This document shows, one piece after another, positions 63,244-64,000 of a stretch of DNA of 64,000 nt. A program made the translations under genes and the position numbers. This stretch comes from Podarcis melisellensis (taxonomy: Eukaryota). The stretch is taken from NCBI GenBank assembly GCA_964234715.1, contig OZ174279.1. One strand, given 5' to 3'. The notes below the pieces were generated by a model. That model did not search any database. It worked only from the letters and a program-made list of their open reading frames with translations, and was not told the origin of the DNA. Within the stretch, counting starts at the first letter, position 1. Each line of letters opens with the position of its first letter.

Positions 63244-64000
63244 GGAATGATTATACTCTGTTTCTGCTTCCAGCTTTCCAAAACTCATAGATATATTGCA
63301 AAGCTTTACTAAAATATTTTTTGCTACCAAAGGCACAAAATAAGAGGTTAAAGGATGTTTTGAAATCCACCCTTTCCTGAATCTATGTTATCTTCAGCCT
63401 CCCCTCGATTCCCACAGTTAAAGAGAAATTACTGGAACTAAATGATAAGTCCTAATTAATTTGTATTTTGACAACGTATGAAGCTCAACAAGTACCCTGG
63501 CAACGGTGCAAAACCTTGGTCCAGGAAATGCTGGTTTTTTTACGCTAAAGCGCCACTCTGAATGATAATGCTGCTGGAATATTTGGGATTTGTTCAACTG
63601 GTCTTAGTCCAAACCAGATTGGAGTGCCCTGTAGGTTACTCATTATCTCCTTACCCTTGAGAACAGTACAGTCAAAACTCTGAGGCTCGTGGGAACGTGA
63701 TCCTTGACCATAACCAAGTACCAGCAAATGGGACATATAAAGTTGGGAAGGTAGTTTCCCCTTACATTTATGATCTGTTTGTAAAAGGAGAGCAAGCAGG
63801 CCCTTGGTCACACATTTTCCCTGGTGGCCCCAGGGCTGGTAAATAACCTCCCTGAGGAAACTCACTATGTAACTGGACTTCGTAACTGTAGGCATGTTGT
63901 TAAAACTTTTTACTCTGCAGCTTGTTGGTGTTTGGTGGAAATATTGCTCTTGTTTGCTGTGTTTTATTTTATTACTCATTAGTGGTGGTTTGATTGTACA

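Noticed and set aside
63655-63774. Possible 120-nt minus-strand exon (ACAG|...|GTAAGG)
   Set aside because: Splice signals are plausible, but the peptides are unrecognised and no linking exons were found.
1-64000. CRISPR arrays, operons or other prokaryotic systems
   Set aside because: The sequence is vertebrate. There are no regularly spaced repeats with unique spacers.

Overview
Eukaryotic, AT-rich, repeat-dense DNA from a squamate reptile. The Sauria-SINE subtype, BovB and L2 tails point to a lacertid lizard such as Podarcis (inference). The window is intronic or intergenic, with no recognisable intact host exon and one 129-nt assembly gap. Main contents: (1) a very young, defective, full-length Mag-clade Ty3/Gypsy retrotransposon (806-5463) with identical LTRs, a tRNA-Ser PBS and a 5-bp TSD, nested in an older solo LTR; (2) several solo-LTR-like elements whose U3 regions carry acidic-then-basic small ORFs, two of which end at the TATA-like box and carry an RRSxRL-type motif; (3) an intronless, decayed fumarate hydratase (FH) retrocopy at ~41.7-42.2 kb; (4) a short Penelope-derived insertion with an intact minimal hammerhead ribozyme at 32816-32855; (5) BovB, L2, L1 and CR1 LINE fragments, Sauria and Squam3-like SINEs, and hAT and Tc1/mariner-type MITEs, often nested; (6) a possible promoter/first exon near the gap and candidate CTCF sites. 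All family assignments come from recalled consensus sequences and motifs; no database search was run.
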